From positions 332,288 through 396,287 of the forward strand of contig CP011213.1 of NCBI GenBank assembly GCA_001029735.1: a DNA stretch of 64,000 nucleotides. Reading direction: 5' to 3'. The position numbers and the translations under genes are program-made. The DNA comes from Berkelbacteria bacterium GW2011_GWE1_39_12 (GTDB taxonomy: Bacteria; Patescibacteriota; UBA1384; UBA12157). Positions 38,310-46,781 of the stretch are shown one piece after another; position 1 is the stretch's first letter, and every line of letters begins with the position of its first letter. The notes beneath the pieces are model-generated. The model was not told the origin of the DNA. It saw only the letters and a program-made list of their open reading frames with translations, and did not search any database.

Positions 38310-39497
38310 ATGAATATTTTGGTTATTCACGAGACCGAATATGTTAAAAAAGTAGTCTATGAATTTCAAATAATTCCTGAACTCCTGGCTTCAAATGGCC
38401 ATCGGGTTTTTGTAATCGATTATCCGATGGCTTGGAAAAAAAGTAATTTATTTGATTTAGGCAGCTTCAAAACAGAATATTACTTGAATGTTAAAAAAGC
38501 CAATAAGAAAAAGGGGGTAACTCTAATTCGCCCTGGCATTATTAAAATTCCGGGAATCAGCCGCTTATTTGCCTTTTTTTCTTATTTTTCGTTAATTAAA
38601 AAAACAATAAAAAAATATAAAATAAATCAAATAATTCTTTATTCTGTTCCAACCAACGGCTTACAAACACTTTATTATGCCAAAAAATATAAAATCCCAG
38701 TGCATTTTCGTATGCTCGACGTCTTGCATCAACTGGTGCCATCTAAATTACTTTCTTGGCCAACTTATTTGATGGAGAAATATATCTATAAGCGGGTAAC
38801 TGAAATTACTGCCATTACGCCTCGACTGGTAAAATATGCCATTAAGATGGGGGGCGACCCTAAAACCACCTCTTATCTACCGACTGGATCAGATGCTGAT
38901 CTTTTCTTTCCCCAGAAAAAAAATATAGATCTTATTGAGAAATTTTGGATCAAAAAACAGGATAATGTTGTCCTGTTTGCGGGTACTCTATATAATTTTT
39001 CAGGTTTAGATATCTTAATAAAATACCTTGGAGAGAATCCGAAATTGAAGCGAAACCTTAAGATGATTATTGTTGGACACGGTGAACAAGAAGGTTTGCT
39101 AAAGAAAATGATTAAAGAATATAACCTCGATAAAAATGTTTTCTTGACAGGTTTTATCGATTATTTGGAACTCAATACATATATCAACTTAGCAGATATA
39201 TGTATTAACTCATTTCAAAAAAACAACATCACCAATATTATTTTTCCTAGCAAAATTTACCAATATTTAGCCTGCGGTAAACCTGTTGTCGCCACCAAAC
39301 TAAAAGGGCTTTTAGAGCTGTTTCCTGTTGGGAACAAGAATGTTTATTATTTCAACCTTAAAAAACCTGGAGAGTTTTTCTATTTAATCCATAAAATAAA
39401 GCACCAAAAAATAAATATTAAAAATCAATCACTTCAAAAAATTATGACAGTTATTGAAGAAAAACTAGAACAAGTTAACCGGCGAGTCGGCAATTAA
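38310..39497 (+). CDS. Glycosyltransferase family 4
   Basis: FAGTLYNFSG, VGHG, FPSKIYQYLACGKPVV. Confidence 0.85.
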   Translation: MNILVIHETEYVKKVVYEFQIIPELLASNGHRVFVIDYPMAWKKSNLFDLGSFKTEYYLNVKKANKKKGVTLIRPGIIKIPGISRLFAFFSYFSLIKKTIKKYKINQIILYSVPTNGLQTLYYAKKYKIPVHFRMLDVLHQLVPSKLLSWPTYLMEKYIYKRVTEITAITPRLVKYAIKMGGDPKTTSYLPTGSDADLFFPQKKNIDLIEKFWIKKQDNVVLFAGTLYNFSGLDILIKYLGENPKLKRNLKMIIVGHGEQEGLLKKMIKEYNLDKNVFLTGFIDYLELNTYINLADICINSFQKNNITNIIFPSKIYQYLACGKPVVATKLKGLLELFPVGNKNVYYFNLKKPGEFFYLIHKIKHQKINIKNQSLQKIMTVIEEKLEQVNRRVGN

Positions 39498-40067
39498 CAT
39501 AAAAACGTAGATCAAAATTGCCAACATCATACCATATATCAGCACTCTGAGGGACGAATATAGAAATCTCTTTCTTGGGATGTTTGAGTAACAGGTTATA
39601 TTATAGACTTCGGTAATGTAGGCATCATAAATCTGCCGTTCGTCGTCTAGCGCTTTGTGAATTTCTTTACGATACTCATCTAAATCCATTGCGTTGATAT
39701 GATGATGGTAAAATAAACTTTCCTTCTGGCCTTTTTTTGTAGTGGTGTGAGGCGGTTTTAAGGCAACAATAGCCAGAAAAAGTGAGAGGATTAATGCACT
39801 AAGCAAGACCCAAAAAACCGGATTGCCGTCGATATTATCGCGGAAATAAGTAACCAACAAAACAATCAAGGCTGAATTAAACCCGATGACAATATTCGAC
39901 CGGACATCAAGCATGTTGCGGATTTCCGTTTGTTTATCTAAAAGTGAGTCCATAAATGTGACTTTACTTAAAGTATCGATTTCGTTTTCAACCCGCTCAA
40001 CTTCACTTTCAATTTTTTTGTCGATGGCTAGATCTTTTTGATCTAATTCAATAGTATCTTCATTCAT
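39465..40067 (-). CDS. Pycsar effector-like transmembrane protein (DUF5706/PycTM)
   Basis: DVRSNIVIGFN-TM-TM-P...SLFYHHHI...DEY...EVY...K-TM pattern; AGGAG RBS before ATG 40067. Confidence 0.65.
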   Translation of the reverse strand: MNEDTIELDQKDLAIDKKIESEVERVENEIDTLSKVTFMDSLLDKQTEIRNMLDVRSNIVIGFNSALIVLLVTYFRDNIDGNPVFWVLLSALILSLFLAIVALKPPHTTTKKGQKESLFYHHHINAMDLDEYRKEIHKALDDERQIYDAYITEVYNITCYSNIPRKRFLYSSLRVLIYGMMLAILIYVFMLIADSPVNLF

Positions 40068-40083
40068 TCCACTCCTTTTATTT

Positions 40084-40181
40084 GTCATTCCGGACCGGCC
40101 GTCGGCAAGTTCCAGAATCCATTTTTAGTAATATTAGTATATCAATTTGCTTTTGTCATTGCGAGCAGAGCGAAGCAATCC
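40084..40181. repeat. Two GTCATT...AATCC palindromic (REP/RS3-like) elements
   Basis: GTCATTCCGGAC...TTCCAGAATCC (40084-40120) and GTCATTGCGAGCAGAGCGAAGCAATCC (40155-40181). Confidence 0.6.
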
Positions 40182-40187
40182 TTACTT

Positions 40188-40952
40188 TCAACTTTTTACT
40201 ATTCCTGCCCCCAACCAAGCGAGTTCAAAAATAGCTCGTTGCGTTTTAGCAATCGATTCCGATTCGATGATTACCGCCAAGAGTTCACCTTGTAAAGACA
40301 TGATCGCCACCTTGTTACCATAAATATCGATCTCGTTAGTAAAAGGAAATTTGTCGGCCGGAACAAGACGAGTCTTGCGTAAATGTTCTCTGTTGTGAGA
40401 AGCATATTCTCTGTTAATCGGCGCATCAGGTGCGATATTTCTAGCAGTGATTCCTTTAGCTACTCTTTTACTGAGATATTCTATTACAAATTCCGGTTCT
40501 TCGGAATACAAACCTTCAGCCGTTGCATAAGCGACGATTTCACTTCCTGATTCCTGGTTTAAAGTGTCTTCCAAAGCGAGTTTAATTCCTTCAACACCTT
40601 TGAAAAACTGAACCTTTGGACTTTGGCCGGAACTTTCTAAAGCTCGTAGCTCTGGCATAATTTCTTCAAATTCACGTAGTTTTTCTGTTTGGATTCTTTT
40701 AAATTGCTCAATTGAAACGCCGCTGTATTTTTTAACGCTAATGTCTTCTACCAATGAGAAAAACCCCATCTTCACCAAGTCCTCAACCACGTCATAAACA
40801 AAGGTTCTTTGAATCCCTGATTCTTTGGCGATCTGACCCACAGTGGCTTCGCCTAATTTTAAACAAGCCAAATAAATTACGGCTTCTTGCGGTTTCAATC
40901 CGAATTTCTCCAATTGTTTGATAAATTTTTGGTTGTTATTTAAATCATTCAT
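40188..40952 (-). CDS. TrmB-family transcriptional regulator
   Basis: GLKPQEAVIYLACL, IAKESGIQRTFVY HTH, PKVQFFKGVEGI, IDIYGNKVAI. Confidence 0.88.
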   Translation of the reverse strand: MNDLNNNQKFIKQLEKFGLKPQEAVIYLACLKLGEATVGQIAKESGIQRTFVYDVVEDLVKMGFFSLVEDISVKKYSGVSIEQFKRIQTEKLREFEEIMPELRALESSGQSPKVQFFKGVEGIKLALEDTLNQESGSEIVAYATAEGLYSEEPEFVIEYLSKRVAKGITARNIAPDAPINREYASHNREHLRKTRLVPADKFPFTNEIDIYGNKVAIMSLQGELLAVIIESESIAKTQRAIFELAWLGAGIVKS

Positions 40953-41042
40953 TAACTAAATTGTATCTTTTTTTACGACAATTGTCAAGAAACTTCGCTA
41001 TATTAGACCTCTAAATTAGAGTCAAATATCTGTATTAATATA

Positions 41043-41071
41043 TTGACAAATTAATCTGCTTATGCTACAAT
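41043..41071 (+). promoter_or_regulatory. Sigma70-like promoter
   Basis: TTGACA-17-TACAAT with extended TG. Confidence 0.7.
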
Positions 41072-41129
41072 GGCTTGTTACCTAATAGGGGTAACAGATT
41101 AGACCTTTAACAATAAGGAGAGAAAAAAA

Positions 41130-41459
41130 ATGAGTAAAGTGCAAGATTATCTACCTACAGTTTCAATATTACTGTTAGCCCTGATTATGGGTCTTTGCTT
41201 ATACAACGGCAGCGAAAGTGGTAAAAAATGGATACTGCCGGCTATCGCTCAAGTCCAACTTGATAAAGATGAGGAAGCTACCTATAAGGAGGCTCTTGTT
41301 AAATTTGCTCAAGGAGATAGCAAACTGCTTGACCAGTGGATTGATCACCTTCGAGCCAAAAAGAAAAAAGGCGTTTTGCCCAAACTTCCAAATGGCTATG
41401 ACAAAGACGGTTTGATTATCGTCGACGGTAAGGCAGTTTTAATTCCTAAAGATCAGTAA
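41130..41459 (+). CDS. Hypothetical membrane-anchored protein
   Basis: AAGGAG RBS, N-terminal hydrophobic segment. Confidence 0.7.
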   Translation: MSKVQDYLPTVSILLLALIMGLCLYNGSESGKKWILPAIAQVQLDKDEEATYKEALVKFAQGDSKLLDQWIDHLRAKKKKGVLPKLPNGYDKDGLIIVDGKAVLIPKDQ

Positions 41460-41489
41460 CAAATTATGTGGCGGCACCGGCCCTGACAG

Positions 41490-41999
41490 GTGAGGAGAAA
41501 TATGTTTTGGCAAATAATGGCTTATGGTTTAGGTCCAATACTTGGGATAGTTTTATTCCATAAAACTTGTCCCAGCGTTTCATATGCCCTTTCGGATGTT
41601 GTTATTGTAGCTGTTTGCTCTACACTAAACTGCTATCTGATTGCAAGATCGTATATCAAGCCCTTTGAACGAAAGAATCTTCTCCTGGAAAAGGGCTGGA
41701 TTTCCTTATCAAGGAAGCCGAGATGGGCTGCATGGGCACAGCCGGCAGATATGATCGAACATGAAAAGGTTATAATTGGTTTGCCCAATGAGCCTTCCAT
41801 AAAGGATGGTATATGGTCAATTCCAGCCATCGAAGGCTCTTTTGATCAAGTAAACTTCTTTGAGATTAAGTTCGAAAACAGTACCTTGATTGTAGATAAG
41901 AAGATTTACGAACGGTTTACCTCGGAAGGACAATGGGAACTGCGCACCCAGCTAGAAAAGTGGGCAAACGGAACCTCAAGGCTTCTCGTCGAAAAGTAA
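41490..41999 (+). CDS. Hypothetical membrane protein (start may be ATG 41502)
   Basis: Two N-terminal TMs, GAGGAG before ATG 41502, followed by terminator. Confidence 0.65.
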   Translation: MRRNMFWQIMAYGLGPILGIVLFHKTCPSVSYALSDVVIVAVCSTLNCYLIARSYIKPFERKNLLLEKGWISLSRKPRWAAWAQPADMIEHEKVIIGLPNEPSIKDGIWSIPAIEGSFDQVNFFEIKFENSTLIVDKKIYERFTSEGQWELRTQLEKWANGTSRLLVEK

Positions 42000-42010
42000 T
42001 ATATGACACT

Positions 42011-42043
42011 TCCCCGTCGGATTTTATCCGGCGGGGATTTTTT
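42011..42043. terminator. Intrinsic terminator
   Basis: TCCCCGTCGGAT-TTT-ATCCGGCGGGGA-TTTTTT. Confidence 0.8.
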
Positions 42044-42049
42044 ATTAGA

Positions 42050-42146
42050 GATCGTAAGGGAACAAAAGGGAAGAGAATATAAGGGAGAAAACGAAAGGGG
42101 AAAAACAGATGGGATACATAAGAGGAAACAAAAGAGAATCAAAAGC
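42050..42146. repeat. Purine-rich ~9-10 nt repeat arm downstream of the four-helix-bundle gene
   Basis: AAGGGAAC/AAAAGGGAAG/AAGGGAG/AAAGGGG/AAAAGAGAATCAAAAG. Confidence 0.75.
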
Positions 42147-42668
42147 TTATTTATTCTTATTATCACTTTTATCTAAAATATCTTTTAGATACTCATCAAA
42201 ATCTTTCTCAATTTTAGCTCTATTTTTGAGTTCTTTTCGAGCCATATCATTGCCACTAACCGTCTTTTCTCTATAACCCTTTTCTTCCAAACTTTTAATC
42301 TGTTTTTGCAGCATTTTAGCTTCGCCAACTCCCATTTGTATCCCTTTTGCACACCCTTTTGGATCCCCAATCTCTCCCTTTTGGCAATACTTGAAATCCC
42401 CTATGAGTTCTTCCAGAGATCCGGCCGAAAATCCTAGGAACGATATATATTCTTTGGTCGAAGTCCTCAAATACCCTTCTTCGATATTCCTGACTACACT
42501 TCTGGCCGAACGAATCATCTGGTCTTTTAAATCGGTTAAATATTGACCGGTTTTTGGATGCTTTGACGGAAAAGATACAACGAATTTTTCAGTTAATTCA
42601 AATATATCGTTGGCTTGCTGCCAGGTTAACAAATTGCGATATCCCAAGGGGTTCGAATGGGATAACAT
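42147..42668 (-). CDS. Four helix bundle protein (23S rRNA intervening-sequence protein / Avd-like family)
   Basis: YRNLLTWQQA, LKDQMIRSARSVVRNIEEGY, YISFLGFSAGSLEEL. Confidence 0.9.
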   Translation of the reverse strand: MLSHSNPLGYRNLLTWQQANDIFELTEKFVVSFPSKHPKTGQYLTDLKDQMIRSARSVVRNIEEGYLRTSTKEYISFLGFSAGSLEELIGDFKYCQKGEIGDPKGCAKGIQMGVGEAKMLQKQIKSLEEKGYREKTVSGNDMARKELKNRAKIEKDFDEYLKDILDKSDNKNK

Positions 42669-42700
42669 AAGGGTCTCCTATGCGAATTAAAAATTAAATA

Positions 42701-42772
42701 TTCCCCTTTTGATTCTCTTCTGATTTTCCTTTTGATCTTCTTCCCCTTTGTCACCCTTTTGATTTCCCTTTT
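42701..42772. repeat. Pyrimidine-rich ~9-10 nt repeat arm upstream of the four-helix-bundle gene
   Basis: CCCCTTTTGATT/CCTTTTGATC/CCCTTTGTCA/CCCTTTTGATTT, complementary to the 42050-42146 arm. Confidence 0.75.
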
Positions 42773-43547
42773 ATTCCACCTTCTTAGTTCTCCCGTGTAA
42801 AACGGTATCCCATAAGATCCGCAAACCACGTGGAATAAAAAAGAAGGCATATTTAATAATCGCTAAAATCGTCCATTTATCAGACATCGCCCGGGTTTGA
42901 TGTGTTTCGATGGCTTTACGAAACTCGGCGGCTGTTTCCCCTTCAAATAAGGTATAACCCTTCCCAATTGCTTCAAGAATATGAGCGTCGGAATTACCTA
43001 ATTCCGCCTGCAAAATAGTTTCGTTAATCAAGGCGGCCCTGATATTTTCGTCGCCAAGAGTCGGAGTGGCGTTAATTACTTCAATGCCATCTAAATCTTT
43101 CCCAACCCTCATCAATGTTTTTAAACCAATGCCGTTCATCATTGGGCGGTCTCTGTTATTCCATCTGGACTGTTCGAACGGATGACAAGAAACAACCAAG
43201 CCACCTTGGGCATGCACTCTTTTAATTACCTCGGCGGCATCCAAGTTGGCCTCAATCGGCTCTTTTAAGAATAAACCCAAGAGATGGCCTTGAATCGAAG
43301 TTATTTCTTCACCTAAAACGAGATCAAAGCTGTATTTTTTCTCTTTCACCAATTTTTCAGCTTCAAAAGCCCCGGCCATGGTATCGTGATCGCAAATAGC
43401 AATAACATCAAGATTGGTCTGATTTTCAACGTAATCTAAAACTTCCGGCACTGTTGGACGACCGTCAGAATTCACGGTGTGGATGTGAACATCCGCCGTC
43501 CCCAACTGAGTAAATTTTTCAATCGCCCTAATACCTTTTTTATTCAC
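42771..43547 (-). CDS. PHP-domain metal-dependent phosphoesterase
   Basis: DVHIHT..SDG, ICDHD, GEEI, HPF, NSDAH. Confidence 0.9.
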   Translation of the reverse strand: MNKKGIRAIEKFTQLGTADVHIHTVNSDGRPTVPEVLDYVENQTNLDVIAICDHDTMAGAFEAEKLVKEKKYSFDLVLGEEITSIQGHLLGLFLKEPIEANLDAAEVIKRVHAQGGLVVSCHPFEQSRWNNRDRPMMNGIGLKTLMRVGKDLDGIEVINATPTLGDENIRAALINETILQAELGNSDAHILEAIGKGYTLFEGETAAEFRKAIETHQTRAMSDKWTILAIIKYAFFFIPRGLRILWDTVLHGRTKKVE

Positions 43548-43667
43548 AATTAAATTATAGCAAATAATTACTGCTAAGAGATTGACATTACCTCAATTTT
43601 CTGGTATTATTTCTCTCGTCCGCTATAAGTGAATTTATTTACTTTTGTGGGACGAAATCAGTGAAAG

Positions 43668-44441
43668 ATGAGGGACCAGAAATTGGCTAAGTCAGAAATT
43701 GAAGGAATGGGACAACCGGAAAACAAAGACAGAACAGAAAACCAGGTAGCAGAAGAAGATACACCGGTAGTGGTCACGGTAGAGACTCGTGCAGACGATC
43801 AACAGGGCGCGGCTGAAACAGAGGCAGTTACTGAACCGGAAGCTGTTGAACCAGAAACAGCACCTCATGTTCCACCATCGACACCGGCACATGAGACCCT
43901 AGCCAGGGCGATTGAAGATGTGAAAACAGCTTCGTGCCCTAGGGACGCAGACGAGGCATTGACGGCGCTCGCTTTGCAGTGCGGAGCGCGTAAAGACGAC
44001 TTCTTCCCGGACGACGTCCGCGGCAAGCTAGCCGCAGAAGCCCTATTTGTGGGGATCATGAACAACAAGCATGGAATCGTCTACGACCCGATCACGGAGT
44101 TTGCCGTGAACCAGATCGGGCTCGAAGAGACAAAGAAGTTCGCCGATAAAATGGGTATGGCTTTTGTCGATTGCTTCCCCGGGTGCCCTACCTGTAAAGG
44201 GCACATTGCGACCAAAGAACTGGCGGATCAAATACGGACATCAATTGAATCATCGAACATCCGTATTCCCGAAGAACTGGCCGCAATGTTTGGACCAGAG
44301 CTTACAGCACAGATCGAAGATCTGATAAGGCAAACGCCAGCTACCAGCGGCACTATCGAGATCTTCAGCGTCGAAGATCTCGACCGCATTCCTGGAAGAA
44401 CTTCCTTCGAACGGATATTCGGTCGTCGACGGCGCTTCTAG
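43668..44441 (+). CDS. Hypothetical protein with acidic, probably disordered N-terminus
   Basis: 257-aa ORF between promoter TTGACA-17-TATTAT (43582-43610) and terminator 44468-44508. Confidence 0.7.
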   Translation: MRDQKLAKSEIEGMGQPENKDRTENQVAEEDTPVVVTVETRADDQQGAAETEAVTEPEAVEPETAPHVPPSTPAHETLARAIEDVKTASCPRDADEALTALALQCGARKDDFFPDDVRGKLAAEALFVGIMNNKHGIVYDPITEFAVNQIGLEETKKFADKMGMAFVDCFPGCPTCKGHIATKELADQIRTSIESSNIRIPEELAAMFGPELTAQIEDLIRQTPATSGTIEIFSVEDLDRIPGRTSFERIFGRRRRF

Positions 44442-44579
44442 TAGATCCATTATCGAACTAACATACAAGAAACAGCCTTGGGTTTTCACCCAAGGCTGTT
44501 TTTCTTTTTGGGTAGACAAAAAACAACTCATGAGCTAGTCTAAGATGGAAGAACGTACATCACAATTGAAGGAGGTCAT

Positions 44580-44957
44580 ATGGCTGCCACTGCTACTATG
44601 ATACCAACTAATCTTCGTCGACGACGAGCTGCAAAACAAGTAAGAAAGTTGAATGCTAAAGATGATGCCGTATCTAAACATGTCGGCAAAACCATAACTG
44701 ACCTCTACGAACTGAGTCAATCCGGCACTGTTCCGGTAAACATAACCTTCGCCTTAAGATTAAAGCCAGACACCAGAAGTCCAGAAGAGATTAAAGAGAG
44801 CTTTGAAACCTTTACCCAGGCCATCCTGAAACTCTTACAAGATCTCTTTTGCACTTGTGGCGGAACATGCACAGTTGATTCATACGTCGTTAATCTAGCG
44901 GATCACATTGAATCTTGCGTTTTTCGCTATGATCCCACTTTACCTAGCCCGAATTAA
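44580..44957 (+). CDS. Hypothetical protein
   Basis: AAGGAGG RBS; terminator at 44947-44972. Confidence 0.65.
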   Translation: MAATATMIPTNLRRRRAAKQVRKLNAKDDAVSKHVGKTITDLYELSQSGTVPVNITFALRLKPDTRSPEEIKESFETFTQAILKLLQDLFCTCGGTCTVDSYVVNLADHIESCVFRYDPTLPSPN

Positions 44958-45120
44958 ACTTTCGGGCTTTTTAACTAGTTATATTTAGAGGACGGGATCC
45001 CCGCGGAGTAGTTTATCCACATTTTGTAATTTTATAATCTTTGTTTTACTATTAAGTAGATCTAAGTTGTTTTTACCGCGAAGTCCCCTTGCCCAGAAGG
45101 AGGCGCGGCTACTCGAATCC

Positions 45121-45258
45121 CCATTCTCACAAAATGGTTATTATTTCAAAACAATTTGAGGAAGGATTGTTTTGATTAAAACTATTTGAGAATTGTCGTG
45201 TTTATGGCAATTCTGCATGTGGAAGGATAGTTTTAAAGAATTGTACTGTGAGAGATGG
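45121..45258 (+). ncRNA. Putative structured RNA, copy 1
   Basis: Closing stem CCATTCTCACA/TGTGAGAGATGG enclosing two hairpins with an ATTTGAG...GAAGGAT motif; near-duplicate at 45382. Confidence 0.6.
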
Positions 45259-45381
45259 TCGTTTTTTAGTATTTTTTATTTTTTAAGGTAAAAATAGACG
45301 ATCTTTCGATTATTGTTTATTGTTTTTTAATTTTGTTACAATATAAATGTTCTAGCGAAATAGAAACAAACACTCGTATTT

Positions 45382-45518
45382 CCATTCTCACAAATGGTTG
45401 TTAGTTCAAAACAATTTGAGGAAGGATTGTTTTGAAAAAGACTATTCGAGAATTGCCTTGTTTAAGGTAATTCTGCAAGGGAAAGGATAGTTTTAGAGAG
45501 AATTAATGTGAGAAGTGG
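45382..45518 (+). ncRNA. Putative structured RNA, copy 2
   Basis: Same architecture; stem differences keep pairing through G-U/G-C swaps. Confidence 0.6.
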
Positions 45519-45769
45519 AGGGTTTTTTATTTTTAAATATATGATAATTTGCAGTAAATTTAGAGTGTTTTATAATTAAATGGTTCTATCTAATATATAA
45601 GCTCAATAATTCGTGGACTGGTGGCGCCTTCAGAGCTTAGTCAAATACTCTCGGTTTCAACGCTCAAATACCTTGGCTGTTGTATTGTTGAGGTAAAAGG
45701 AGGGGTGTCGAATACGATTTTTTAGTACTCTTATCTTGACAAAATACTATTTATGAGATACAATGCTCG

Positions 45770-46606
45770 ATGTACCTTAACATGGGTGAGCAGGAGGAGA
45801 AAACCATGGCGAATTTGGAACGAGTTTTTTATGTATTGGATGGTGTCAGGAAAACACTTTTTCAGGTTCCTGACGATAGATTGGCAATGTGGCAGGGTTT
45901 CAACGACCCGGACAACTTTGACGACATGGGGTATCCGGGCGATATTATTGCTAAAATACTCAGCCGTGATCCGGAAGTTATCAGAAAAATCATGGCAGAA
46001 AACCCGCCGACGACACTCGAGATGCTTCAATATAAGCTCTCGGTGTTAAACAAAGCAACTGATTGGTCAAAGGTGGACATCTGTGCCGATATCATTACCG
46101 GCTGGATGTTCAAAAAAATCACAATCAAGGACTACGTTCAGGCTTTGAAAAGCCTGGGTATTACAATACAGTCTAGCTTACTACTCGTTGCGTTTGAAAG
46201 TAATGAGTCGGGCCCAACCTTCTTTACGGCCCAAAAGGTTCAGGAAGACCTTGCCATGACGTTTGGCATGAATTCAAGAAAACAACAGTCCTTCCTGATG
46301 AAAGAAGAAGCGAGAATGGGCTCGCTGGAGGATTTCTTAAACTACACACTTGAATTAGTGTGTATAGCGATCCTTAAAAATCATGATGTTTGGGGAGTCC
46401 TCTCGAACGCATTTCAGTCGAATACCACCGTGAAGCTTTCGAATTGCATCTATAAAAGCGAAGAACAAGCGGAGCTTAGCGGAAGACGGCTGCTTCTCGA
46501 GATTGATCCCGCGGCGTTCTATGACCGAACCAAGCCGCTTATCATCTTGAAATCCGTGCCTGAACCAAAATGGCATGGAAGCATTTTCACAGTAAGAAGC
46601 ATTTAG
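45770..46606 (+). CDS. Hypothetical protein (probable start ATG 45806)
   Basis: Promoter TTGACA-17-TACAAT (45736-45764), AGGAGGAG RBS, terminator 46606-46629. Confidence 0.72.
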   Translation: MYLNMGEQEEKTMANLERVFYVLDGVRKTLFQVPDDRLAMWQGFNDPDNFDDMGYPGDIIAKILSRDPEVIRKIMAENPPTTLEMLQYKLSVLNKATDWSKVDICADIITGWMFKKITIKDYVQALKSLGITIQSSLLLVAFESNESGPTFFTAQKVQEDLAMTFGMNSRKQQSFLMKEEARMGSLEDFLNYTLELVCIAILKNHDVWGVLSNAFQSNTTVKLSNCIYKSEEQAELSGRRLLLEIDPAAFYDRTKPLIILKSVPEPKWHGSIFTVRSI

Positions 46607-46781
46607 CCCTTCGTAAGAGGGGCTTTTTTAATCCCTTACTCTTGACAACAGCTCAACTATATGCTATAGTGGCAAGTTGTGTTCTTTTACAACTAGTCTT
46701 AAATCCAAGCAATCACCCGGTTTCCGGGTTTTATATAGTCACTGCAATTTCTCTAAAAAATCAACTATGGAGGCAGTTCTT

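Noticed and set aside
43615-43660. Hammerhead ribozyme suggested by GTCC...GGACGAAA
   Set aside because: The CUGANGA core is missing before the stem; treated as a plain leader hairpin
45134-45175. 13-aa peptide MVIISKQFEEGLF (and MVVSSKQFEEGLF in copy 2) as the function of the repeat
   Set aside because: No RBS at a suitable distance; conservation is explained by the hairpin and extends well past the stop
44960-45730. Replication origin
   Set aside because: Only one perfect DnaA box seen and no dnaA/dnaN nearby
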